The notes beneath the pieces are model-generated. The model was not told where the DNA came from, did not search any database, and saw only the letters and a list, made by a program, of their open reading frames with translations. A stretch of 64,000 nt of DNA from Octopus vulgaris (taxonomy: Eukaryota): assembly GCA_951406725.2 (NCBI GenBank), contig OX597830.1:68448001-68512000 (forward strand). The letters are read 5' to 3'. The position numbers were made by a program, and so were the translations under genes. Below are positions 12,600 to 27,238 of the stretch, in pieces. The stretch's first letter is position 1; every line of letters starts with the position of its first letter.

Positions 12600-14095
12600 G
12601 AAAACAACGAAAGGCAACAAACCCAGGCCGTATGAATGTATAATGATGAGCTATATGCACGAAATCAGAACACCACAGACAAAAAGTATGAACAGGAAGG
12701 AAAGCGAAACAAATCTAAAACCTTAAAAGAGTGAAGGTGAAACTAATGATTATGATACTCTAAAAATGAATATAATCAAAGAATTGAAAGGCTCTGATCT
12801 CAGTATGGACAACTGACTGTAGCTCCCCAAAATTAAGATTGATATTAAAGCCACATTAATAATAAATAATAGGAAACTGGCCGTCACGGAACTAATACCC
12901 ACAGAAACAAACGTCAGTATAATCAGGTTAAATGCTATAATATATCAAAGCTGGATACCCTCTCAAACCCATCCAAACAGGAGAATTACCACCTAAAAAA
13001 AACCTGTGGATAAAGAATATCTAGAAAAAGATATAAAATAAAAGAAAGGATCTATCAGTCCTTAAGGAAATTAGTAGATAATCAACACTACTATGCAACA
13101 AGAACAGAAGTAAAATACTATGGAAATAGAAAATTCTAGAACAAAGTATACCTGGGATAAAAGAACAGCTAAAGCAAGATATCCGCTAAAGTCCAAAAAA
13201 TCCGCCAGTATGAGATACGCCAACGTTTCTTTGAACAAAACAAACAGTTCTACTCCAATTTCAAAAGATTCTACCTAGAATTTGGCAAAAATAAAATAGA
13301 GATCAATGGAAAGAAATATGGTCGGTGAGGGAACAACCTAGGAAAAGGTCTTTCAAAGTAACAAAAACAGCTCCTCTACAACTCTGGACTCCTATAACAA
13401 CTGAAGAGGTCGGCAACCATGCACTACAAGGTCTCCAATTTCTGGTTGAAATATCAAACAGGAATACAGAAAACGATGCCCAGGAAATTTGATGAAATAC
13501 TAAAAGAACCTGAGACAATATCTGAAGGGCCCATGGAAGGGAAACATTTCCTGATTACCAAGTCCACTGAAACGGGAAACCCACAAAATTACAAACCGAT
13601 AACTTGTCTCGCTACAATTTACAAAACCTTTACTGCAGAGAATGGGCAAACAGCTGGAAGATAACAACCTGTTTCTGAAACAGAAGAAGGGGTGCTGCAA
13701 AAGCATCAGATACCTGTCAATAAAGCCATAACTGAAGACAGCCGACAAGAGAAGAATGGTCCAAGTATGACTGGGATCGATTATCGAAAAGCTTTTGATA
13801 ATATTCTATGACCAAAGTAATGACAATAATCGAAAGAGAGCCGTCCCCGTTAGAACAGTAATATTCCAGGGAGACACGATCTTTCCACTCTTTCTGCTTG
13901 GCACTGACACCTTTATCTGACGTGCTAAATAGAACTAGATATGGATACAACATTTATGGGAAAACAATCGACCAACTCTTGTATAAGGATGATCTAAAAC
14001 TATACGCTACAAATGATAAACAGCTGGAAACAGTACAAGAGAGAGTACATGCCTTTGCCAAAGAAATAAACATGGAATTTGGCTTAGAAATATGA
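12600..14095 (+). mobile_element. Decayed Dong/R4-type (RLE) LINE, N-terminus plus RT
   Basis: NPQNYKPITCLATIYK, IDYRKAFD, IFQGD..FPLFFCLALTPLS, LLYKDDLKLYA motifs with many stops. Confidence 0.75.
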
Positions 14096-14668
14096 TAAAG
14101 TTTTAGCGAAAACCTGATGAAGAATTAGCGAGTCTCTGTGACTTATACATATACGTTTTTAGCTGTTGTTTATTTCTATATATGGCTGTGCGCGCGCGTG
14201 TGTGTGCAAAATAGTGAATTATGAAACGAAAATGAAAACAAAACAAACATGAAGAACGACCGTTCATCAGTTTCTGGTTGTTTCTCTATTCTCGTATATC
14301 GAGCATTTAACAACAATATACGCATTCGATAAAACAGTTGCTCCCGCAAAGCAAATTAAGTAGAATTTGGGATTTTGCGGAGGATCAAAATAGGTAACAC
14401 AACCAGGACAGTGAAAAGAAACAGGAAGGGCTGTTAAGCCTAAACGAGGTTGTGGTTATGAACGCGTAAATTAAGCTAGGACATGACACAAGCAAGAACA
14501 CGTCTTCCTTGTTCCAGCTACAACGGAGAGAAAATAAGAAAGATGTCCGATGGTCACGCGGGAGCCACGTGAGCAAGGAAGAGTGAAGGAGAAAATAACA
14601 GAGTAATAGGATAGAACAGTGGGAGAAGAGCAGGTAAAATAATATTAATAATGATAATAATTATAATA

Positions 14669-15041
14669 TCTCTCTCTATATAAACGGCAGTTTGTCTGTG
14701 TGTGTTTCTGTGTGTCTGTTAGGTTGTACCCTCACCCTGACCACGGCTTTCAACCGATTCTGATGAAACTTGACACACACATAGCCCAATGTCATAATTC
14801 AAAACTAACGCAGCGAAAATTTTGAAAAGTTCCCCCAGTTCTGAAAAAAATCGATAAATTCGACATGGGGTCGAGAATCAGAAACACAAACCACAGACTG
14901 TCTAGGGGACGCAACTCGACCTTTTTAACTAAAAAAAAAAATTACCATCATTTGTTTTCCATTTTTTGGCTATAACTCTCTAAAAATGCTTATATAGTTA
15001 TTTCCCTTACAAACCCGAGCAACGCCGGGCGATACTGCTAG
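14669..15041 (+). mobile_element. Non-autonomous Helitron
   Basis: 5' TC after A, subterminal hairpin cccgagcaacgccggg, 3' CTAG followed by T; internal (gtct/gtgt) microsatellite. Confidence 0.85.
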
Positions 15042-15204
15042 TATATATATAAAAGGAAAAATAAAAAGAAACAAAGAAAATGCACACTAGGCATAAAAGT
15101 AATGGTTCCTTTTCTTAGAACAAAGATATATATATATATACAAATAAATGATTTGAGGGGAAATTAAGAAGTATAAAAATCCTTACCATGAGTCATTATA
15201 GAAA

Positions 15205-16343
15205 GTCATACCGGTTTCGACATCGCTGTTCACTAACTTTGAATCAACACCAATTTACAAACGCTGTTGGGTCTAATAGTACCTGTATCTGTATCTGTAT
15301 GCAAGAGAGGTAAGCTGTTCTGAAAGTGATGCAATTAGATTAATATGATTAACAGAGTATGAATGGTATATGAGATGTTTGTGGATTAGTGGGATTACTT
15401 GTATTAGTAAGGTTAGTAGTGTCCTGTATTAAGTTGTGTGTTCATGTTAAGTTGTGGTTGATATTTATTACTGAAAGTTGCCACTTTTTTTAGTCTTTAC
15501 TGCACTGAGGTGTTCTGGGAGCATTGAGAGAAAAGGAAACTTAGGAAGTTTGGTTTAAGACTCCTATCACATCTATCTATGTGCTCACTAACATCTATCT
15601 GTCTATACTGTGGGAAACTGATTTGTTGTTTTTGAAGCGTTGTTCTTCGTGTTTGTCCTATATAGTGGTTTTGGCAACCTAAGCAAGTAATGACATAGAT
15701 TTGGTTTTCAGAGGCAAAGTGAAATGTGACTTTATCTTAAATATTTCACCTTGTTTGAAGTGAAATTCTGTACCCCCCAAAAGGTGGAAGTATGTGCCCC
15801 AGTTAGGCCACCCCCATTTTCCACTTTTGGTTCCGTTGTTAAGGGACATAATCTTGCGCCGGTTAAATTTTGATAATTTTGTGTGAGTCCAAAATTTCGT
15901 TCATTGTTTATCCCCAGTGCGAATGGGTAAATTCTGGATGATGATGTTGAATGCCTCATTGTTTCTGGAGTTATATGTGGAGATGTATAGGAGTACATTT
16001 AAATTTGGTGTAGTATTTCGGTTAACTTCCCTTAAGGCTCGTATGTCTAATTCCTTTGAGGTACCATATTTTTGCTGTGATAATTGGTATATTTTAATTT
16101 CTAGATTACAAAATTCGCAATCAGTGGGGCAGCACGAGGTTCCACTGCAATTCCACATTTTTCTTGATAGTAAACTGTATCGGACAAGAAGTAGTTGTTC
16201 TGGAGGTTAAATTTCAGTGCTGGGATTATGAAGCTGTGGTTGATGCGTCCTGGGATCTCTTCTGGGTATTTTTCTAGCCAGAAGAGGATTGCTTTTATAT
16301 CATAATGGTGTGGGAAACTAGTGCATAAATTCACCACATCCAA
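15205..16343 (-). mobile_element. Decayed Penelope-like element (RT, thumb, GIY-YIG, 3' UTR with decayed hammerhead)
   Basis: DVVNLCTSFPH..FWLEKYPEEIP..LQNNYF, YISTYNSRN.EAF.II and IYVITCLGCQNHYIGQT, homologous to ORF2 27678-29954; GAAACCGGTA hammerhead 3' half at 15205-15219. Confidence 0.85.
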
Positions 16344-16391
16344 TCCTTATTTTCCCTGTCTTCCTTTTCTCTTGAATTTTACGCCATCTCC

Positions 16392-16427
16392 TGTTTCTGA
16401 AAAAACCTTTCCTCGAAACGTAAAACA
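16392..16427 (+). ncRNA. Decayed minimal hammerhead ribozyme
   Basis: TGTTT CTGAAAA aacctttcctc GAAA CG TA AAACA: stem I intact, G8 mutated to A, stem II disrupted. Confidence 0.55.
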
Positions 16428-16597
16428 CTCTTTCTTTCTTTCATTCTGTGAGCGTCTTATTCACAATTTGCATGTGTCAAGTCCTCGCGATGTTGTTTTA
16501 CTTGTCCTTTTAGTCCGTCTTTTTTTAATTAATTATATATATATAGGTACAACAAATTTGCCCATTTCTTTTTGCTGCATGGAAACACCTCTTTTGT

Positions 16598-16644
<47 letters not shown>

Positions 16645-17131
16645 ATGTATGTGTGTGTGTGTGTGTGTGTATGTATGTGTGTGTGTATGTGTGTGTGTGC
16701 TTGTGTGTGTGTCTGTATGTGTGTGTATGAGAATAGAATAATTTCTATGGTATAATTCCTGCTGTTCTTATTGTTTATCAATTGCTTCTGTTAAGTTTAA
16801 TTTCTCCACCTTTTCTGCCATTTTCGGTATATTTCGACTTGCTTCTCTTTGAGGAATTGCCTCTTTCTGAATTCTCTCTTAATTTCTTAGCTTCCTTTGA
16901 TCTTTGTTTATCTCACAACCTTCATCTGTATCTGAATCATTCTTTCTGTGCATAACTTTTCACCTTAAAGCTGAGTTTTTTTTCCATTGTCTCGATTTCT
17001 TTCCATGTAATAACACAGCTTTTCTATTCGACGTTCACAGTTAAAGGATAAAGACTTAAATATTCATCTTTATACACATCATGACAATTCATTTTACTGA
17101 CCTGGAATTTTACCATTTATTGATTTTGCAG

Positions 17132-17180
17132 ACTAGAACTTCCAGAAATTGCTGAGGTATCTGGTCAGAAACCCAAACAA
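17132..17180 (+). CDS. Candidate micro-exon A2 (phase 2-0, LELPEIAEVSGQKPKQ)
   Basis: tgattttgcag acceptor and gtaagc donor; open in the phase left by exon B1. Confidence 0.6.
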
Positions 17181-17639
17181 GTAAGCTTTTTTTTAAATCT
17201 TAAAATATACTTGAATAGTTCTGAATTGTCATGGAATATTTCTTGAGAATTTCATCAAAGGATTTGCTTCAAATGAACTCTGTATATTCTGTTTATGAAT
17301 AATTTAATATATATTCTCACATTGATACGACTGGTTGCTATCTTTTATACTGGTAGACCAAGCTATTATTTTTCAGACTGGTAGAGCTATCTGCAATTTT
17401 TGAAGAAGGTAGAACTCTATTTTATCTCTTTTTGGTAGATTCAGCTACTAAATTCTATATATTTATTGCAGGCTTCCATTTTGTTATATTATTACAGTCA
17501 GTGTAGTGGTTTTCATTTTAATATCACTGGGGACAATTTTTAATATTAGAAAAACCAGCTTCTATATATCATATTATTAGAGATGGAAAGAATCATCGTA
17601 TCATAAGTTAAACCAGTAGAGCCAGTTTCTAATTTCCCC

Positions 17640-17689
<50 letters not shown>

Positions 17690-18029
17690 AACATATGGTA
17701 TAATTATGAACAGGGCAAAGTTTAGGCATTTCTCCACAGATTGAAAAAAACATAATGAACAACCTTAATTGATTTTCAACCCTTGTTGCGTTCTCATCAG
17801 AGGCGTCTACATTATTCTGACAGTCTCCAGGGAAGCAAGCAGCCAAACTATTTATATACTCAGCAAATGCAGCAGTTACTCTATGTAAGAGTCCCTAATT
17901 TGCATACCGAAAGTATTCGACACTATAAGCACTAGCGGCAAATCAATGGGTATGTATGTATGTATGTAAGTATGTATATATACATATATATATATACATA
18001 GATAATACACACAATCATATGTGCACATG

Positions 18030-18091
<62 letters not shown>

Positions 18092-18911
18092 ACCGATCAC
18101 AGGACTTTTGGCTTTATAGAAGAGAGTGAATGTTGACCTCAGAACATGGAGGAGATTACATGGGATCAATATGACATGCGTTCTGGTGGCGATGAAGTTG
18201 TTAAAAGCGTATTTGGCATCGTCTAATTTTTTCAAGCATTTCTTACGCAAGAATTTATGTCCGTTCTTCAATTGGGAAAATGTAGAATTAATATGTACAC
18301 GCTTAAATAAACTTACATTAAATGATATTTATATGGTCATCATAATTTTAAAAAAAACTTTCTATAACTTATAGAACTATTTAATGTCTTTACTGTTTTC
18401 CTTCTTTGAATTTTAGGCTTTGGGAGTCTTTTGATGATTTCAGGATGTGAACTTTATAATTCATTTATATATATATATAAATTGTGTTTCATATTGCATC
18501 TGATGTTATTATTTTCCTAAAGATTTTATTTAATTATGCCTAAATTAGTAAGACATTAAAAGGATCTGCACTGATATCATAAATAGTGGACTTCATAAAA
18601 ATAAAATAGTTGTAAATACGATTTCAGACCTTCATTTGAATTCAATGATGCTAACCATGTTGAAATCTCTAAAACTAAATTGAAAATAAAACTGTTTATC
18701 GTTTTTCTGTAAATGGATTTTTCTGTGTCTATATCCGTGTGTAGTTGTTAGACTTTTAGATGTGGTTATTCTTTGCCTCTTGCTTACTACTGTTACTTAT
18801 ATACCTCCTCCTTCAAACATATATTTTACTTAAAACATGTTTTCTATACCTAGAAATACTAACCCAAACGTTTCTTTCAACAATTAACATTGTTTTTCCT
18901 CTTTTCTCTAG

Positions 18912-18967
18912 CCTGAAACAACAGAAACACAAATTCAACCGCCTGTGGCATCGACATCTTTTGATAT
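18912..18967 (+). CDS. Candidate micro-exon B2 (phase 0-2, PETTETQIQPPVASTSFD)
   Basis: tttttcctcttttctctag acceptor and gtaagt donor; 56 nt. Confidence 0.65.
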
Positions 18968-20399
18968 GTAAGTAGACAGACATTTCCAGATAAACTTTCA
19001 TCATATCGAAAGACCCACTAAATACCTACATATCTCGATATCTGATCCTTACAGAATGTACCAATCTCTCATCCACTTTGCACCTCCTATATTTATCACG
19101 TATAACTCGTTGTATGTAAATTTATTTATATGTAATTTAATAAGTATTTTTACATATATTTTATATTTCTTCTATATTTCTATGTATGTTTGATTTCATT
19201 CTTTATAACCTTAGGGAATTTTCACGCCTGTACATGCATGATTTATGTTGATGTGTATAAATATATATGATTCAACTACTTCGATTGAAATTTCTCCTTT
19301 ATGCGTTCGGGAATCTGTTTGACTTACTAAGACTTGCGTTTTAAATTTTCTCTACTCTGTATTTTTTCGTGTAGGCTCTCTATGAGCACTCCGTAAATAG
19401 CCCATACATTTTAAAACATACCTACATACTTAATATATATACATATACACATATATGTATGGTAGTATTTATTTATTATAGACTTTCTACTTACTCCTTC
19501 TCTCTCTTGTATTCCCAGCCTTTCTTCTTTCCCTTCATCCCTTCCCTATTTTTCTCTGTCGTTCTCTCACCCTGCAGTCTTTCTCCTCTGCCTGCTGCTG
19601 TCGCGTGACCAACTGCCAGTACCTCTTTTTCTTCCCTACTTACACTGGTCCCGTAGCTGAACAGTCGCAAATTTTCTGTCGCTATGTTCACCATCCTTCA
19701 AGACATTTTATAAGCGTTACCTCCTCTTCTCGGTCCCAAAGCCCTATTTTGTTTGCGAATTAGAAAGCATATTTAAATGATTAAATGTTCACAAAATTCA
19801 ATAATATCAGAAAATGATGGGCGAAGTATATAAAAGATGTGGATCACCAAAAGTTCAGTCATACTGATTTAAGAGAGAAACAAATAAAGAAAGAAGAGAG
19901 TAAGCAAAAGGGATTTTGTTACAGTTTCTTTCGTCTTGCACGTGATTCTTTTTACCGTCGCGTAGAGGGTTTTTCGCCTGTAACGGACTGCTTTGGAATC
20001 AGTGTATCTATAATCTTTTCTGTGAAAGGATACAATTTTTGATTCGTTATAATTCTTATTCTTATTCTTTGTGGAGACCAAGTTTGACATTCTGCCTGGT
20101 TGTCTTGCCTGTGGGGAATGGTCATGAAACGTTCCTGTTGTTTGATTCTCTTACCGAGTCACTCTGTTTATTTTCTTGAGGGTCCAGTTCTGATCGGAGG
20201 TAAAATTTCATTGGTCTAGTGATAGGTTATTGCATGGTGATTTGGAGTTGCGGTTTCGAAAGCCGAAAGGAAGTTACATGCTGATCGGCTGAGATACTCC
20301 AACAAAGTAGATGAAATATGCTTTGTTATTTGTGTGTGTGTGTTAATATTTTTATTTAAGTAAAATAATAATAATAATAAAATAAGGTGATAATAATAA

Positions 20400-20583
20400 T
20401 CCATTCTACTGTAGGCACAAGGTCTCATGTTTGTGGGGTAGAGATTAGTCGGTTACACCGACTCCAGTGTTTTTACTGGTACTTAATTTATCGACCCTCA
20501 AAAGGATGAAAAGCAAAGTCGACTCGGTGGAATTTGAAATCCGAACGAAGCGACGCGCTTACGATTCTGCCAGTTCGCCGCCT
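20400..20583 (-). mobile_element. tRNA-derived SINE with (ATT)n tail
   Basis: Minus-strand head ggcggcgaactggcagaatcg...ttcaaattccaccgagtcgactttgc; a second copy lies at 55131-55320. Confidence 0.7.
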
Positions 20584-20717
20584 AAAAGATAATAATAAAA
20601 GAAAGTATACAAAAATGTTAAAATATGAAATTTAATAAAAATGAAAATGAATAATAGTAAATAATTAATATTGATAAAAATTAATAATTATAAAATTTTA
20701 AATATTCAGGCTAAGAT

Positions 20718-21215
20718 AATAGTAGTCTATAGTATAAGATGTATAGAGGGATGATACAGTAACAAGACAACGACATACCTAGGGGAAACGGCACGAAGCA
20801 TAGGAGAGCGGGTAAATGGACATTGGAGAGAACTTAAGGAAGGTAAAAGCTCATCGATTCTGTACCAATACGCCGAGCAGGAACACGGGAGATCAATCAA
20901 CAACAGAGATGTTAAAATCTTGTCTACGCATAGAACAGATGCAACATTCAGACAAATTACGGAAGCTACACACATAATAGAAGATAAACCTAGCCTGAAT
21001 AGGTAACTGGAATGGAACACTAGCACACATCACAACATATGACAGTAGAGGATCCCCATAAACTGGTTACAATATAAACAAAACCAAAAACATAATGAAT
21101 AAAATACACAGATAAATATACAAATAGAAATAAATAACTATATAATCTCTTTATTAAATTTAAAAGATTTTTTTTTATTTTAAAAAATTTTTAATTTTTG
21201 AAATGTTTTAAAATG

Positions 21216-21256
<41 letters not shown>

Positions 21257-21630
21257 GTATTGTTGTTATACATACATACATACAATCATACGTAATGATA
21301 ATAATAATATGTGGATTTAAACACATGAACAAAATAAGAATAAACAAAAACAAAAACAAATTACACGAACGTATATAAACAGAAGATACAAATATTGCAG
21401 GCATCTTCCTACATACACACACTAAATAAACATAGACGCACATAGAGATATAAGCATGCGCAAATGAAGACACATACAATAGAAACACAAAATGGCTGAC
21501 GGTTAGTAACGAGAGACACAAATAAGAAAGAAGAAAACAAAAGACCACTGCAGCGGTCACAGGAGTGTGACGAAAGAACTCTGGCCGAAATAAGATTAAG
21601 ATTAATGTAAAAAATAAATAACACTGAAGC
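20718..21630 (+). mobile_element. 5'-truncated PLE of a different family (GIY-YIG endonuclease remnant plus 3' UTR)
   Basis: + strand translation VVYSIRC...TYLGETARSIGERVNGH...RQITEATHI...PSLNR*LEWN; decayed hammerhead (gacca ctgcagc ggtcac..gtgac GAAA..tggcc) at 21543-21586. Confidence 0.7.
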
Positions 21631-21705
21631 AAAGTAACACCAAGTATATAGTGCGTGTGTTTTTATTGGCTAAACTTGCAAAATGACCATTCCGAAATAT
21701 AACAA

Positions 21706-21751
<46 letters not shown>

Positions 21752-21949
21752 GTGAAAACTCACAGTAGCTTATATGATATGATGGAAAGTGTCAGTTGTC
21801 CACAATAGTGTAGTGGAGTATATAAGGCTAATTTCGACGGTGTTAAAACAACTTAATCATAGACAGGCGAGATAACTCACCCTCATTCCCATTTTGGAAT
21901 GATGGATATCGGTGTTTCGACATTTTTGTAGCTTTTCAACATTATATAC

Positions 21950-22240
21950 CTGTCTGGGCGCGATGGCAAAACGATTTCTTCTACTAAGGCCTCGGACCGA
22001 CCAAAGCCTTGTGAGTGGACTTGGTAGAGGGAAACCAAAGGAAGACCGTCGTATATTATGTATATGTGTATGTGTGTGTCTTCGTGTCTGTATTTTTCCT
22101 TCCACTATCGTCTCACAACCGACGTTAGTGTGTTTACGTTCCCGTAACTTACCGGTTCGCGGATAGACCTATAGAATAAGTACTAGACTTACAAAGAATG
22201 AGTCCCGGAGTTGATTTCCTCAACTAAAATTCTTTAAGGT
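21950..22240 (+). mobile_element. Decayed copy of the microsatellite-containing SINE seen at 53120-53584
   Basis: ccgaccaaagccttgtgagtgga...gtgtgtttacgttcccgtaacttaccggttcg...atagaataagtactag. Confidence 0.7.
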
Positions 22241-22995
22241 AGCCTTAAATAATGGAAATCCACCCCTCCAAAATATATAGATAATAGCAAAAATAAATTA
22301 GGGAAAATATGTAGTTGTATAAAAATCGATTTATGCCCACTTGAATGATTCTGTCTTCATTAAAATGTAGTATACGGATGTACAGTAGTATCAGATAAGT
22401 ATCAGACTGGAACATATATAGTTAGTACTGTTGTATTTAAAAAAAAAGTTATAGAACGCATTTAAATTCATTTACTAACATTAAATATAAAAATTCTACT
22501 ACTCTACCCTCATATATACATAATTTAAGGAATAAGAGCATATATACTAGCAAATGGCCTCCCCTATAATGCTATAGGTAACAAATGTACGTTATGCATT
22601 AGAGAATCATACATTATTTTATAATATTGCAATTCGGGCATATTAAATAAATTGTCTGATACCATTCATTCATGAACCCATAAATTTCACTCATCTTTCA
22701 TGGAACTCTATAAGACGAAGTACAAGGAATGAAGTATTTGGCAGTCCTGCTTCTTCTGCTATTAGTAATTGATTATTCTCGGAATTTATTGGAAAATCGA
22801 TTGTTTTTTAAACTTCACCCATCATCCTACACTAGAAGTTTCCTTTTGTATATAAGCGTGAATCATCGTAAAAGTGGTCAGTATCTGACAGAGTTGCCGA
22901 CGACCAACGTAATGTAACCAGAAATTTCCTTCCTTTCTTTTCTTTTCTCTTACATGTCTTCAAACTTGATTAATTATCTATTTATTTATCCCTAG

Positions 22996-24350
22996 TAAAG
23001 GGGACATGTCAGTGTGAATCGAAAGGATTCATACCTGCTGACTAATGGACTCCAAAAACGGCCTTCGAATTGCTTCATATTGATGTTATAAACCTCTGTA
23101 CATCATTTCTTCGGAACTCTTCTAAAATTTTAAATCTATAATTAGGATTTCTAACTACTGTCGATGTATCTTATAACTATTAGTCCTCATTTCAACGTCC
23201 TTTAACCTTAAATTTAATATATGTTATATCTGTGTATGTAGTTATGTATTTATTATGTTGATGTAATTCATAAATATGAAATGATTATTTCAATTTTTGT
23301 CTCTTCTTATACCAAGTTATACAGCTCGGTTTCCACCTTAGCACTTCCAAGCAATCGAGTAAAAAATCCTTTTCGAAAGAAAAATAAACAATATTATATA
23401 TATATGTATATATATATATATATATATGTATATTGGTATAGGTATTATGGTGATATTGGATTTTATATTCTATTTGAAGTAAAGTATTTTCCTTTGTTGA
23501 TGTAATGTAACCATGAAGGTGTGATGTTTGTTTTAAAGTTACAAGAGATCCAGCAATTTTACTGGCTCTGATTGTTTCTTTGTTTCTGTTTTTTCTTTTA
23601 TACTTCACTCTTTCATAGTTTCTGTTGACGACTTTGACCATTTTGAACTAGATTTGATAATATATCTTCAGTTCTAAAAAAATCAATTTTCTGGACATTT
23701 GAAATTATTATTTAGTCTCGAAAATATTTATCAGATATTTATGAATATATGATATTAATTCTAATTTAGGCATTAGTCAGAGCCTTTTGTATTGAAGAAA
23801 TGAAATGACGTTATAACGATAAGGAAAAGGAAATATTGAATCGGAAACTACAAAAGGGATTCCTGTAGATATAAAGGGAAAAGCGAAAACATTTTGGTTC
23901 CAACAAAAGCGATGCTCAAGTAAATCCGTGCAAACTAAGAACAATGTAAAGTGTGTTACTACCGTGTATTTAGTGTAGCTTTGAAATTTGCCCCATAAAC
24001 GCTAAGTATCTCCACCAAATACATACAGTCAATTCAGAAATGTTTAACCTATCAGTTTATCTCTTCTAATGTTATTGTTTGTTTGTGTCTTAATATACAT
24101 CTGAAGAAAAGGTAGTGGATTAGCAGAATTATAAAACGGTCAAACAAAAACCTTATGGTAATTGTTGAAATTTGAGGTCTTATTTTATGTAAGAAATCAT
24201 ACATTGAAGCAGAAGTTTTTCTAGAGATGTGAATTAAACTAAGCAGATTTACTGTCTTTTACAGTTCATCATATCTCACACACCTACACATTCCACAAAT
24301 CCGAGACAAATGGCAGAAGGCTATATATCAAAACACAATCAAAATTGTAC
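22996..24350 (+). pseudogene. Possible old relic of three TRPM 5' exons
   Basis: AG-flanked remnants in TRPM order: ..CESKGFIP (22996-), ..NIESETTKGIPVDIKG..HFGSNKSDAQ|gt (23770-23919), FIISHTP..IRDKWQ (24265-); stops and frameshifts. Confidence 0.35.
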
Positions 24351-24747
24351 CAATTAAATGCCATTTAAAATTGTAGAGAAATTTGATGACTTGATATTAA
24401 TTACATGAGTATTTACACCCCATACTTAATGCGTAAATGTACCTTTTGATGTGAAATGAAGTCTATGAACTATATTTTCAGCAGCTTGAGCACTTCGTCA
24501 AGATTTGCTGACCTCTCTTTTGAAATAAAATTGTTCAAAGCTACTTATTGAAATGTATTCCTAATTTCACAACAGGTCTAAATACACATAGATATTACTC
24601 CATAAATTTAGTCATAATCCTCACTGACTCTTTCTACGTTCTCCTCATATGTTCTTAGCTTTCCTCTCCGCCTTTGTTCACCAGACCCAGACTCATTCTG
24701 ACCTTAACTTCCTCTTGGTCATCCTTCTCATCACCTCCTATATTGGT

Positions 24748-25045
24748 CTTTCAGTAATATTCCATTGTTTCTTTCTCCCAACCCATGCAACAATATCACT
24801 TTTCTCCTTTTCTTAACTTTTAGATGAAGTTCAAATGTCCAGAATGTTAACTACACTCCATATGACAAACAACTTTCACTAATCTTAAACTTTCTCCGTG
24901 GTTCATTTTTTGTAGATCACCATCTTCTGAAAGGAATTTAGAATCATCGGCTGAAAAAGACAGTTATAGTGACAAAGAATTCCAAGTAATTTAATGTTTT
25001 TCATTTTTTCTTTATTACTTCTGTTTGCACGAATTATGACCAATG
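24748..25045 (+). repeat. Highly similar duplicate of window positions 1-270
   Basis: Colinear, with a few substitutions plus two 12-nt indels inside the exon. Confidence 0.95.
24916..24985 (+). CDS. Candidate micro-exon A3 (phase 2-0, SPSSERNLESSAEKDSYSDKEFQ)
   Basis: ttttttgtag acceptor and gtaatt donor; 70 nt; paralogue of A1. Confidence 0.6.
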
Positions 25046-25135
25046 ATTGCCGAATTTGAGATATTTTAAAATTCTTATCTTTTGTCTTTGGTTCGACACG
25101 AATACTTCTTAAGCAGTTCTATATATTTTGTAATA

Positions 25136-25172
<37 letters not shown>

Positions 25173-25248
25173 TATATATATATGTATATATATATATGTA
25201 TGTATATATATATATGTATGTATATATGTATGTATATATATATGTATG

Positions 25249-25284
<36 letters not shown>

Positions 25285-25334
25285 TCTATGTATATATATG
25301 TATGTATATATGTATGTATGTTTATATATATATG

Positions 25335-25375
<41 letters not shown>

Positions 25376-25400
25376 TTATATATATATATATGTATGTATA

Positions 25401-25443
25401 TATAAAAAAGTTGAGTTGTGGGGTATCGCACGAGTGGGATTAT
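25401..25443 (-). repeat. PLE 3' tail identical to the 5' leader at 31324-31366
   Basis: aaaaaagttgagttgtggggtatcgcacgagtgggattata present at both sites. Confidence 0.9.
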
Positions 25444-25639
25444 ATATATATATATATACACATATATATATATATATATATACATACATATATATATATA
25501 CATACATACATATATATATAGATACATATATATATACATACATATATATATATACATACATATATATATATATACATACATATATATATATATACATATA
25601 AGAAAAAAGGTTTGAAAATGCAATTTAAACGATGTTTAT

Positions 25640-25684
25640 TTACTTAACCGATTTCACTCTTTGGTAAAAGATCGTCAAAAGTAA
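25640..25684 (-). ncRNA. Minimal type I hammerhead in the 3' pLTR (stem III C>T variant)
   Basis: TTACTT TTGACGA TCTTTTACCAAAGAGT GAAA TCGG TT AAGTAA. Confidence 0.65.
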
Positions 25685-26199
25685 CATTGAATAATATGAA
25701 TTCAAAAAAGTTTTTTACATAATTGTCACATTGAATATTATGAATTCAAAAATGTTTTTTTATACATAATTGTCACATTACATGTATAAATATAGTGTTT
25801 GGAAACAGAGAAGTTCAATAGTGTGATGAGAATATTTGGAAAAATTGGCAGAAAAGAATAAAACAATATATTATTGGAAATTTGGTTGCGTTAATTATTG
25901 GTTGTCGCAAATTGTCACATTACATGTATATATATACAGTCTTTGGTATATATATACAGTCTTTTGACAGCAAAAATTAAAATGGATTTTTTATACATCT
26001 CAGAATATTTTGAGTTGAAGGCGAGAATATGTTTTTACTGACCTGTTTGTTTTAGCAGAAAAGTTGAATTGAGAGAAAAAAAGATGTGTACCCAGTTGGT
26101 TTATACTTCCCCTTCAAGCATCAATGATTTTGGGGTTATCGGGAGGTTAGTATGCGGGTGTGAATAGATGTGTCCATGTGCCTGCTGTCAGACAGCGTC

Positions 26200-26969
26200 T
26201 ATTTGTCACACACATATATACACACATGCACAACAACACACACACACACACACATAGTATACAAACACACACCACATACACCCAACACACACAACGCACC
26301 CACATATATAATATATACACACAGCACACAAATATAACATGTATTTATATATAATATACACACATATATAACACACACACACACAACAACACACACACAC
26401 ACACACAACACACGCACACATACATACATAATATAAATATCACACAAATACACCTAGCATATATATACACATACAATACACATACACAGCATGTATATAA
26501 TACACATACACAATATATGCATGCAATATACATACGCAATACATACATATAATATATATATATATATATAGACAATGCATATACATATATACATATATAC
26601 ATATAAACAGTGTTTACATACACATACATAGATATACCACATATACACACAATATACATACATACAATGCATACACATACACGTACGCATACATATAATA
26701 TATATATACACACACACACATAACATACATACACAATGCATACATATATATACACGCAATGCATATACATGTATTCATGCATATATAGCACACCTACAAT
26801 ATACATATATACAATGCACACATACACACACATATATACACTTAATTGTACACATACATATACAATACACATACATACAATATACATATACACAATGCGC
26901 ATGCAAATAATGCACATGTTTATACACACATATACATGCAAATATATATACACACAGACATACACACAC

Positions 26970-27014
<45 letters not shown>

Positions 27015-27203
27015 CATACATACATGCACATATATATTTTATCACACACATACACACACATATATATATAAAATTCACACACACACCCACACACACAAAA
27101 TACAACCTATAGCGAACACACTCAAATATATCTCTACATACCGCACACACACACACAAACAATGTACTCACATATACACACATACCATGCATATACACAC
27201 ACA

Positions 27204-27238
<35 letters not shown>

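Noticed and set aside
14113-14135. CTGATGA motif (also CTGACGA at about 6251)
   Set aside because: No matching GAAA or stems.
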